NCBI RefSeq assembly: GCF_035084215.1
Contig: NC_090330.1
Location: forward strand, 23,064,001 to 23,128,000
Source: Heptranchias perlo
Lineage: Eukaryota
Length of the DNA: 64,000 nucleotides
Direction of reading: 5' to 3'
Shown here in pieces: positions 25,001-36,600 of the stretch. The notes beneath the pieces are model-generated. The model was not told the origin of the DNA and did no database searches. It saw nothing but the letters and a program-made list of their open reading frames with translations. The stretch's first letter is position 1. The number at the start of each line of letters is the position of its first letter. The translations under genes were made by a program, and so were the position numbers.

Positions 25001-25813
25001 TGAAATTTAACGCAGAGAAGTGTGAAGTGATGCATTTTGGTAGGAAGAACAAGGAGAGGCAATATAAACTAAATGGTACAATTTTAAAGGGGGTGCAGGA
25101 ACAGAGAGACCTGGGGGTCCACATACACAAATCTTTGAAGGTGGCAGGACAAGTTGAGAAGGCTGTTTAAAAAGCATATGGGATTCTGGGCTTTATTAAT
25201 AGAGGCATAGAATACAAAAGCAAGGAAGTTATGCTAACCCTTTATAAAAGACTGGTTTGGGCCTCAGCTGGAGTATTGTGTTCAAGTCTGGGCACCACAC
25301 TTTAGGGAAGATGTGAAAGCCTGAGAAAGGGTGCACAAGAGATTTACTAGAATGGTACCAAGGACTTCAGTTAGGTGGAGAGATTGGAGAAGCTGGGGTT
25401 GTTCTCCTTAAAACAGAGAAGCTTAAGGGGAGATTTGATAGAGGTGTTCAAAATCATGAACATTTCTGATAGAGTAAATAAGGAGAAACTGTTTCCAGTG
25501 GCAGAGGGGTTGGTAACCAGAGCATGCAGATTTAAGGTGATCGGCAAAAGAGCCAGAGGTGACATAAGGAAGAATTTTTTTTTAAAACAGAGAGTTGTAA
25601 TGATCTGGAATGCACTACCAGAAAGGGTGGTGGAAGCAGATTCAATAGTAACTCTCAAAAAGGAATTAGATAAATACTTGAAGGGAAAAAAATTACAGGG
25701 CTATAGGGAATGAGCAGGATGATGGGACTAATTGGATAGCTCTTTCAATGAGCCAGCACAGGAACAATGGGCTGAATAGCCACCTCCTATGCTGTACCTA
25801 CTATGATACTATG
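25001..25813 (+). mobile_element. CR1 3' fragment
   Basis: [26 protein letters not shown]; CTATGATACTATG tail. Confidence 0.88.
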
Positions 25814-26559
25814 TTGTGGAATTTTTCCTATGCATTATTTTTGTCCTGCTGCCAATAGTTTTTCCACTTTGTAATTGTTTCAGAATCAATACTTACTGCT
25901 CTGAATCAACATCTAATGCCCAATGATTTACATACATTCCACATCTTGCACACTTCACCCATATGAAATGTTTGGGAATTATAACAGATCTGTTCCTAAT
26001 AAAGCAGGTTTAGAAGAAACCCTTAAATCCAGTTTAGCAGGTGAAGTGTGAAAGGTGTGAAATCTATGAGTAATAAACTGCAGATAAATGAATGTTAGAA
26101 GATTGGTATCATTTGGTACTATTCAGATCAGAGCACCAGGTTTGATGTTGATTACCTCATTAGGTAGGTGAAGTGTGCATGCTTTGAAATGCACGGGTTA
26201 TTCTAACCGTGGGGTCATTAAGTATCTGACTTTAGAGTCCTGCATGCCGAGCTTTCTAAATGTTTAAAATGCTGATATTTACAAATTCTAGCTTGCCATG
26301 TAATGAACACATCAGTATTTCTATTTAAATTTCTTACTGTGCATCTCCTAGTGTGTTTAATGTGCCAGTGAGAAATGCATATTGTTGAAACACCAGCTGG
26401 TTACTGTATCAGTCTGTCAAGAGCAACTACTGGGCTCATCGGAGCTTTAAACATACCAGGATATTCAATGTTGTAATCAAGCTTTTAATTTGAAACAGTA
26501 AAACACCTATTTGAATGGTACTTTGGTTAGATTATGTTCATTATAGGATATGTTATAAC

Positions 26560-26800
26560 CATAGGAACAGAAGTAATCCATTTAACCCCTTGAGCTTGTT
26601 CCACCATAGTGAGATTATAGCTGATCTGTATCTCAGCCCCATTTACCTACCATTGCTCCATACCCCATGATTCCCTTACCTAACAAAAATCTTTGAATCT
26701 CAGTCTTGAAAGCTTCAATTGACCCAGCCTCCATAGCCTTGTAGGGGGAAGAGAGTTCCAGATATCTACTAGCCTTTCAGTGAAATGCTTCTGGAATTTT
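26560..26800 (-). mobile_element. Decayed CR1 3' tail
   Basis: CATAGGAACAG..CCATT..CTGATCTGT, similar to 1150-1380. Confidence 0.6.
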
Positions 26801-27869
26801 AAGATTTATGTCCTGAGGAAATTGCTCCTGAATTGAGCATTAGCACCAATAAAAATGCCACCCCTTTAGCTAGCTGCTACTTAACAGTTGTCTCACTTGG
26901 TTAGATGAAAAGTTCAGCTTGCTTGAGAATCTATTACTGTACCCAAAAAATAAATAATTTCTCAATTTATATTTTAGAACACCTAACCAAGCAATGAGAT
27001 TAGTTATTTGCAGAACAGTTCAAGGATAAATATTAATGTTAGTAGCTATTAGTGTTGGTGAACTGTTAAATGCAACTGATCAACTGACAAGGTAGATTAA
27101 AATTGCATAAATCATTTCCCTTTGCAGCAGTTGAAACTTCAGCACCCTCATCAGAAGGTCACACTTGTGCTTAGTTGGTTATTAGAATTGGAACCTATAC
27201 CAGAAACACAAGAACCACTGCTATTGACCGGAGGCACAATCATCTACACAATAGGTACTAAGATCCATTTAGCTACTGCATCTTATGTAATGGTGTTGCA
27301 GGGCTGCATAACCTAGAATTATGCAAGTTTGAACTTGGTTTATCACTTTGTGAGTTGGAAGAGATATCTTAATACTTACATTAAAATGCATTAGAGTCAA
27401 TTATTTTGTGACCAGTGACAATATAGGCAAAGGCAACCAGCAGTGTAGCAGAGGAATGTTTAATACACATACATGGTTATGCAAGTCTTGTATGCCCTAG
27501 CATTATACAGTGAATGCTGCTTTCTGCCCCTTATGCTTAAACCCTATTAAGAAGGACTATTTACATTTATGCCATCTCATAGGGAACACATTCCATAGGC
27601 TTGAATTATGGTGTAAAGGCAAGTTGATTCCTACTGGTAGTCTGGTGGAAATTGAGGTTTATGGCTCATTTCAATAGTCAGAAAACTAGTGGGGTTAGAT
27701 GAGTGGAGATTATTGATATGAAGGAGGCTGATTCTACTGCACACAACTGAATCACATCCCTTGATCAATACCCTTCCCAAAAAAGCTCCTTACTTGGAAG
27801 TTGTCTAGATATTTTTCTTGGTTTAAAAATCTCAGTTGTAGAGCCCCATTCCTAGGGCCTTCCCCTCCA

Positions 27870-28228
27870 TTCTCAGGCTTTGGGCATCACTGGCAAGGCC
27901 AGTAGTTATTGTCGATCCATTGTCACCCAAGAAAGTGATGTGCCTTCACTGCAGTCCCTGTGGTGCAGGTGTTCTGTGTAGTAGTTTGATACAAGCATGT
28001 TGCTTACAGCCACATCAGAGGAGGATAGTTAAGAGTCAACTGCATTGGTGAGAAACAGGAGTCAGAGGCTGGACTAGGAAAGGACTAATTTCCTTTGCAT
28101 GAATAAAGCAACAATTGTATTGTCACTTCTACTTTATAAAAATATTCAAATTTGTAAATTGCAATGGCAAGTTTCAAACCCAGTCTCTGGATTATTAGTC
28201 CAGTAATTGCCACCACACTACTGTACCC
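27870..28228 (-). mobile_element. Bipartite SINE-like element: LINE-B tRNA-like head plus LINE-B 3' end
   Basis: 28185-28228 matches 3225-3290; 28000-28095 matches about 880-990; 27880-27970 matches the LINE-B tail (reverse of about 19060-19170). Confidence 0.7.
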
Positions 28229-29604
28229 TTAAGTGTGCCTCCATAGCTTGGCCATTTGTACTGAGGCCAAGGATTAAACAATTTGCTGTACTTCAATTAT
28301 ATAGCTGAATTTACTTTGAAAAGCAGAACTACACGTTGCCAGCAAATAGATAAGTGAATAGAATTAATGATCTAAGACTTAGTTTCACAGATACAACCTG
28401 TAAACATCTAGAAGCTCTAAATATTAATTTTTACATGCTTGTTAATGAGCTGGAGGCTCATGAAATGTCACCTATTTAATTTGAAAACAGTCAAAAATAC
28501 TTTAATATCTTGTAAATTTAAAAAATGTAAGCATACAACCCATGACAGATACTGGAAAAGCCAGCCTTTCACTTAATTGGTCAGCCTCTTCTACCCCCTC
28601 CCAAAGACTACACTGTGCCAACAAGTTAAAGGACAAAGGTTACATTGATTCTGGATTTACTCATCCTCACCTAAGTGAATGTGTGAATTCAATTGGCAGG
28701 AAACGAGCAGTGATGACTACAAAGTCTCCTCTCCCCCTCCCATGTTCCTATGTAAGGAATTCTACAACACCAGGTTATAGTCCAACAGTTTTATTTGAAA
28801 ATCACAGGCTTTTGGAGCTTACCTCCTTCGTCAGGTGAGTGAGTGAAGGGTTTTAAAAATCACATAGCATATATTAGGCTGGGAGACAATCAGAAGGTGT
28901 TGTTGGTGTTCAGACAGGTTAGCCACGGAAAACGTTACATCCCAGTATACTGAATACACAGGGGGTCAGATTACACAGACAGAGAGAATGAGACCCGAAA
29001 AAAGAGAGAATGTCCAGTTGTATTAAAAACATAACTTTCTCCTGCTGGTGGGGTTACGTGTAGTGTGACATGAACCCAAGATCCCGGTTGAGCCACGTTC
29101 CGCACCCACGAGGACGGCCTATCAATGTCTGCTTTATGATTTTGTGTTGTCGTGTGTCTCGATGGCAGCCTTGGAGAACGCTTACCCGAAGATCGGAGGC
29201 TGAATGTCCTTGACTGCTGAAGTGTTCCCCAACTGGGAGGGAACCCTCCTGTCTGGAGATTGTTGCGCGGTGTCCAACGGATGAACGGACACCACGCAAC
29301 AATCGCCAGACAGAAGGGTTCCCTCCCAGTCGGGGAACACTTCAGCAGTCAAGGACATTCAACCACCGATCTTCAGGTAAGCATTCTCCAAGGCAGCCTT
29401 CGAGACACACGACAACGCAAAATTGTCGAGCAGAAATTGATAGCCAAGTTCCGCACCCATGAGGACGGCCTCAACCGGGATCTTGGGTTCATGTCATGCT
29501 ACATGTAACCCCACCAGCTGGGGGGGGGGGATGTTCTGTTTTTAATACAACTGGACATTCTCTGACTTTCAGGTCTCATTCTCTGTCTGTGTACTGTGTA
29601 ATCT

Positions 29605-29829
29605 TGATGTGGAGATGCCGGTGATGGACTGGGGTTGACAATTGTAAACAATTTTACAACACCAAGTTATAGTCCAACAATTTTATTTGAAATCTACAAG
29701 CTTTCGGAGGCTTCCTCCTTCCTCAGGTAAATGTCAGGAATTCCTCGAAGCCTACGCATTTATAAATCAGAGAACAACACATGGCGATTACAGACTGCCC
29801 CTGCAACTGCCCGTTGCCAAGGCAATCAC
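29605..29829 (-). mobile_element. Penelope pLTR (same subfamily as 3919-4141) nested in the right arm; 8-bp TSD
   Basis: TGTAATCT at 29597-29604 and 29830-29837; the left arm shows the empty site. Confidence 0.8.
29692..29732 (-). ncRNA. Minimal type I hammerhead ribozyme motif, intact core
   Basis: AUUUAC-CUGAGGA-A-GGAGG-aag-CCUCC-GAAA-GCUU-GUAGAU. Stems I and II differ from the 3968-4008 copy but still pair. Confidence 0.75.
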
Positions 29830-30221
29830 TGTAATCTGACAGATTGTGTATTCAGTATACTGGGATGTAATGTTTTCCATTGCTAACCTGGCTGAACACC
29901 AACAACACCTTTGATTGCTGTGATTGTCTCCCAGCCTAATATATGCTATGTGATTTTAAAACCCTTCACTCACTCGACGAAGGAGGTAAGCTCCGAAAGC
30001 TTTGATTTTCAAATAAAATTGTTGGACTATAATCTGGTGTTGTAAGATTCCTTACATTTGTCCACCCCAGTCCATCACCGGCATCTCCACATCATCCCAT
30101 GTTCCTAACCATAACCCCAGATTTATTTCACCTCAAGCCTTGACCCTTCATTTGGTTCCAAGTACATTTTTAATACAAGTCATCTTAAAATGACTATTGG
30201 AGTACTATAGTTTTAAAAAAA

Positions 30222-30227
30222 TTTATT
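30222..30227 (-). terminator. Candidate CCNA1 polyadenylation signal AATAAA (second candidate at 30122-30127)
   Basis: TTTATT on the + strand, about 385 nt past the stop codon. Confidence 0.5.
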
Positions 30228-30609
30228 GGTTGTTCAAATGCAGAGTATAAACAGTCATTCCTCATACTGAACAATCTTAATCAAGTCAGAATGGGAATGG
30301 TTATTTGCATTTAAAACAGCACTGTTCAAATGCCATCCATGTGACTGAATAGTCACTAGCCACAGTTATACATTTAGAAAGTTTATAATTTCATGAAGAG
30401 TGCCCTTTTAAATATATTAAAGATAAAATACTGTAGTTTTAAAATTGCACCTTAAAATGTTCAATAAAACAAGGTCACAATCCAACAGCAGCCAAAAGCC
30501 ACAGGGAGTTGACCAGCAGCAGTCCCTCAAGTATTAATATTGATATGACCAGTTCAGTCTGTCTTAGCATATACGAAGAATCGCAGTGCTTCATTGTCGT
30601 GCTTCATTG

Positions 30610-30688
30610 TCATCCTTCAATTGCACTCGAAATAAGTCCATGCAAAGGTAAAGTTACAGGGGGTTCAATGAGAGAAATTCTCACATAC
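30610..30688 (-). CDS. CCNA1: CCNA1 last coding exon
   Basis: ccccAG|[26 protein letters not shown]. Confidence 0.9.
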
Positions 30689-33600
30689 CTGGGGAAAAAG
30701 CAGATTTAAAGAGTTGTTTTTAAACACACTAAATTTAATTGAATTAAAAAGAAAAAAGCAAACTTACTTTGAGCTCTTGTATTTTTCCCTAATTGCTTGT
30801 TGCGGCTGGAATTTGGCTTGGAGAAAGGTCTTGTGCAAGTCATTCAGACAAGGTACAATGTCAATCAATGAGTAACCAGTGAATGCAGCAAGAGATTCAG
30901 GCTGTCAAAAGCAGACAAGAGTTACTACCTTAAGGTTAGTTTCTGAAATTTGGTCTATAATTTAAAGTTTCATGACTACACAATTAGAAATTATATCCAC
31001 CTAGAAACCTTCAGTTAATTATAGATTATGCTTAGCAAAGTAATTTATTCTTTGGCTGAACTGGCTAGCAATGTTATTTAAAGCAATAAAAAAGGGAAAA
31101 CTAGCCAGCAGTCTTCAGAGCTAGAAACAAGTCAGTAGCAACTGGACGGGCTATGACAAGGCATACACCCTTAAAATCAGAAAGATAAAATTAGCATTGA
31201 GTGCTGGAAAAATGTTACAAGCTTCAGGAACAGCAAGTCAGTTTTGCTGCTGGGCATTTCAGATCTTAGTGGTGCACTCCAATTTAGAAGGTGTTCATGG
31301 CAATGGGGAGGGTATGTTAGTTTCCAAGGACATGGATTGATATTTGGGGCAGAGCATTTTGTCAGCACAGCACTAGGCAGGGATCTGAAGCAAGGGCTTT
31401 TTTCCTTTGATTTTTAACTTTAGTCTTCCTCCCCTGCTTTTCTTAATTCATGAGTGGACTTATCACTATTTGCATATTTTGTCCTTTATACCTCTGCATC
31501 ACCTTGCCAGATTATCTTTTACATCAGCCTATTAGGCAGTTGTTAATCCTTTAGCTTAACCCCCTTTATGACTGGTGTTAATGCTCCAATATTGTATTGG
31601 GTTCAGCTCTGAAGGTACACCCAAAATGTCATCTATAGATGCTCACTGACATGTATTTCCAGCATTTAATTTTTAATGCATGTGCATGTAGGGGCACAAA
31701 AAGCTTACCCAAAACATTTTGTTGATTGTATAGTTTGCCAAGCAATATGCAGCTGCTGCCATCAGAGAGGGTGTGTACTTCAGACATACATCAGCTTCTA
31801 GTAAACTCAGTTCAGCTATGTACTGTGGATTACAGAAAGATTGTTAGCTAATTGGTACAAGTGAACTTTGAAAGCAGGTTTCAAATGGCTGTCAGCAGTA
31901 AGCTCGTGGCTTGGTGCAACACTGTTTAGAATTAACTGGAAATGGCACTTGTCATTACAGTAACATTTCTTCCTTTTGCTCTTGCAGCAATTTATTTTAC
32001 TTTTCCATCCTAATCTTTTAGTCTGCCTACATCTGAACTAAATAGAAACTTGCAGCCAAGTGTTGGCAAAACTAAAGCCAACTTGTTCTGCTCACAAATA
32101 TTTCAGTCTCTAGTTCTATCAAGCTCTCCGATCTAGCCTAAGGGAATAGCCAGAGTGTACAATTTAGTCAGTCGCCCAACATCTCGTAAGAAAATTGCTC
32201 ACTCCCATGAATCTTGCCCATTTACCCTCATGGCCTTAATCCATTTTCAACTTAAAATTGATAGCCAATGCTTTCTTCAGCTTTCCCCACTTGTAACCCT
32301 CAAGGGCAACTATTGCTGGCCTTGCTAGCAACACCATATCCCAAGAATAAATAAAATTAATCTTCACAAAACTGCAGCCAAGCAGCCTTTAACTTTTCAC
32401 TTCCACCTTGCATCAATCCCAGTAAATCTGCACCCAGCTATGAGGGTTATTCACTAGATTTTTAGCCTTTTGTTTGACTAGTGACATCTCCTAGATGGTC
32501 CAATTCCAATTGCAATATTAAAGTCAAACTCAGTGCTCAATTGGGCTTCTGCAATTACTGGCACTTGCCAATAACAATGTCAGGTTAATGGATGAAGTAT
32601 TTGGGATCCCAAACCATAGAAAGGTTACAGCATGGAAGGAGGCCATTGAGTCCATGCCAGCTCTATGCAAGAGCAATCCAGCAAGTCCCACTCCCACCCT
32701 GCAAATTTCTTCAAGTACTTATCCAGTTCCCTTTTGAAAGCCATGATTGAATCTGCCTCCAGCACCCCCTTGGGCAGTGCATTCTAGATCCTAACCACTC
32801 ACCAAAAAAGTTTTTCCTCATATCACCTTTGGCAAAAGAACCAATCACCTTAAATCTATGTCCTCTGGTTCTTAACCCTTCATGATTTTGAATACCTCTA
32901 TCAAATCTCCTTGGAACAGAGATGGTTGCAAGGAGAACAACCCCAGCTTCTCCAGTCTATCCAAGTAACTAAAGTCCCTCATCCTTGGAATCATTAATAA
33001 ATCTCTTCTGCACCCTTTAAGGCCTTCACACCTTTCCTGATGTGAAGTGCCCAGAATTGGACAATACACTAGTTGTGGCCAAACCAGTGTTTTATAAAGG
33101 TTCAATACTTTTGGACTCTCTGCCTCTATTTATAAAGCTCAGGATCCCATATGCTTTAATCACTTTCTCAACCTGCCCTGTGACCTTGAACAATGTGTGC
33201 ACATAAACACCCAGATCTGTTCCTGTATCCCTTTTAGAGTTGTGCCCTCCAAGTTTATTTTGTCTGTCCTACCAAAATGTATCACTTTGCATTTTTGTAT
33301 TAATTTCATCTTGTTGTGTCTTCCTATGCTACCAGCCTGTCTATCACCTTGAAGTCTATCACTATCCTACTCAGTTTATTACCCTCCCAAGTTTTGTGTC
33401 ATCTGCAAATTTCAAAATTGTGCCCTGTACTCAGTCATTAATAAGAAAAGCACGGATCCCTGAGGACCACCACTGTACACCTCCCTCCAGTCTGAAAAAC
33501 AACTGTTCACCACTGTTGCGCCTTAGCCAATTCTGTATCCATGTTGCTACTGCCCCTTTATTCCATAGGCTGCAATCTTGATAAGCCTACCATGCAGCAT

Positions 33601-36600
33601 TTTGTCAAGTGCCTTTTGAAAGTCCATATACACCATTTCAATCGTCTTACCTCAAAAACTCAGGTTACTGAAACATGATTTACCTTTAACAAATCCATGC
33701 ATACTTTCCCTAATCAATCCACACTCGTCCAAGTGACTTAATTGTGTCCTGGATTATTGTTTTTAAAAGTTTCTCCACCAGAGGTTAAACTGACTGGCCT
33801 ATAGTTGCTGGGTTTATCCTTACACCTTTTTTGAATAAGGGTGTAACATTTGCAATTCTCTAGACCATCCCCATATATGTTTGGAAGATTATGGCCAGTA
33901 CTTCTGCAATTTCCACCCTTACTTCCCTCAGCAATCTAGGATGCATCTCATCTGGACCAGGTAACTTATCTACTTTAAGTACAGCTAGCCTTTCAAGTAC
34001 CTATCAATTTTTAAACTCATCCAGTAGCTCAACATGTCTTCCTTTACTGACACTGGCAGCATCTTCCTTGGTAAAGACAGATGCAAAGTATTCATTTAGA
34101 ACCTCAGCCATGCCTCTGCTGCCATGAGTAGATCTCCTTGCTGGTCCCTAATCAGCCCCACCCCTCCTTTTACTATCTTTTTACATGCCTGTAGAAAACT
34201 TTTGGATTCCTTATGTTGGCTGCCAGTCTATTCTCACTCTTTGACCCTCATTTCCTTTCACTTCCCCTCAACTTGCTATATTCTGCCTGGGTCTCATGTT
34301 ATTGAACCTGACATCTCATATGCCCTTTCCACCCCCCATTTCATCTTACTATCTGTCATCCAGGGAGCTCTGGCTTTAGTTGCCCTACTTTTGACTCATG
34401 GGAATGCGCCTAGATTGTATCTGAACCATCTCCATGATTTTCAATACATGGAGCAGGTGTCAGTTTCCATCAGGTCTTATATATTGAAGGCATGGGCATT
34501 GCTGACATTTGTCACCAATCCCTAGATGCCCCAAGAAAGTGGTGGGCCTTTTTAATACAGCTAAATGGCTTGTTAGGCCACTTAAAGGGCAAGAGTCAAC
34601 CACCTTTATGTGGTACTGGAGTCATAGGCTAGACCAGGTAAAGGCATGCTCCCTTCCCAAGAGAAAAAAGGTTTAACCCTTGCCAAGAGCTTTATTTCAA
34701 AAATGAATTGGTAAACCCTCCATGATGCCTATGGGCATTAGGACCTATTTCCAGTATATTTACTTGGTCCACCCTCACTTTAGTAGCACAGATATACACA
34801 TTGGTGGATTTGAGGAGCCCATGGTTAACTTGCTATGGTTTGTTATTGCTATCAGGCAAGATCTTAGCTGGTCAGGACAGCTGAATGATCTTCTGAGAGT
34901 TCTACTCAATCTCACTTTCCTCTCCCAAAGGAGGTGGTGAATACAGAAGGTCACTACTTCAGTGGAGACGAAGTGCCAGCATATTCACTTGGTGTTTGGC
35001 TATTTAGCCTACACTTTTTTCCCCCCACAAGTGTAGACATTCCTTGTGGATCTAATGCTAGACTTCACTGGTAGATGTGGCATACTCCAATGCTTAGCAT
35101 TGTGCCAATACCAGCCTTTCTAGCTGCCTAGAGCTGGGTTTGGATTCTCCAGTGTATGATCAGCCAACACAATCAATTTCAGTTTCTGCACTAATGTACT
35201 GGAGTGCTCACACCCACTATAAAATAATGAGTGGTCTCAAGATTACTAAAGTTACTGTCTAGGTGGCAATGTGAACACACTAAGTATACAGTAATAGGGC
35301 AGCACTTATTATCCAATAGCCCCTTTCTCAACTGTAACCCATCCATGGAATAGTGTTCCTGGTTATCCCAAATATTGAAAGTCATTAGAAATCACTTGCC
35401 AAATGAAGTTATTGAAATGAAGCTCAAGGAGCAGCTTAGCAGTTCAAAATACATGGAGTCCTGGAAACCAAGTGATGATTTTAAGGGATATGAACTTGCA
35501 GCAAGTGATAGGTATCAATGTTTATTTATCCTCCAACCAAGATAGTTATAGATTATGTTAGCCAGTGCAGAAGAACTCCCTTGATGCTCTTCAAATAATG
35601 CTGTGGGATCTTGTGTCCACCAGAGGTGCAGACATGGTCTTTATTAACATCTCATCCTAAAGATAGTGCTTCAGTGTAGCACACCTCTGCCTAGATTATG
35701 CATTCAAGTATCTGGAGTGGGGCATGAACCCATGACTTTCTAGCTCTAGGCAATGAGATATGACCACTGTCCTCAAAGAGATGAGTTGAGGTCTCTATCC
35801 AGAGTTGTCACAGGACTTCAGACAACCAATGGCCTACCCCCTTTCAAGGGGGTTGAATAGCTGTGTTGTCACTGGCCTAGACTGGGACCTATGTTTACCT
35901 GCAGCTCAAAATACCATATCACATGATTTAATTAAACCAGAGGGCTATTCAAAATAGTAACAAATTCCATTGATGGCCCAAGGTGCTAGTCAATGAATTT
36001 TAACCATTGCAGCTACCAGACCCTTGGGATTTATGTTGCTTATAGCTTCAGTACCTTGATTAAATAAGCAATTATATTAGCTGCAGGCTTCACAGATATT
36101 TTGGGTGACCCTTGCATGCTGATCCTCAGTACAGAGATTAATAATCTAAAAAAAAAAGTCCATTTTGCCAGTGAGTCCCATAGTTGTTGAGGATCTGGCT
36201 GCCCAAACTAGGATCCTGCAGTAGGCAAACAGTCAAATGACTGACTTAATGAGCAGAGATATGAAACTCAGTCAAGCAATCAGGACCTTGCAGAGCCAAT
36301 GCCAGGAAACAAGCTGATGTGGACAGGTAGCGATTTAAAAAAAAAATCCAGTTACATTCACTCCTTTGAGGCATCATTTAGCTCTGATTTTGCTTTGGGC
36401 ATTAAAGTGTGCATTGCTGATGCTGTCTTAGTTTCATCTATGGGATCCACGAGACTGCCGTGAACACTTACTGCCAAGTAATTAATCAGCCCAGACTTTT
36501 GTTCCTTATGTTGGTTTGCTTATAATTCAAAAGCCCCAAAAGCTAGCAGTTATTCCCGCTTAAATTTGGCATCAGATCAGATTTGATAAGCAGTTACAAT

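Larger units (their letters stand above)
28751..30094. mobile_element. Penelope-like fold-back element: two inverted arms each with GIY-YIG C-terminal coding sequence and pLTR; 13-bp TSD
   Basis: ORFs 29054-29302(-) and 29260-29508(+): LPVGEHFSSQGHS..DL.VS.LQG..GLNRD. TSD TCCCATGTTCCTA at 28738-28750 and 30095-30107. Confidence 0.88.

Noticed and set aside
29054-29508. Active Penelope gene or host GIY-YIG nuclease
   Set aside because: Only C-terminal fragments in inverted orientation; no RT.
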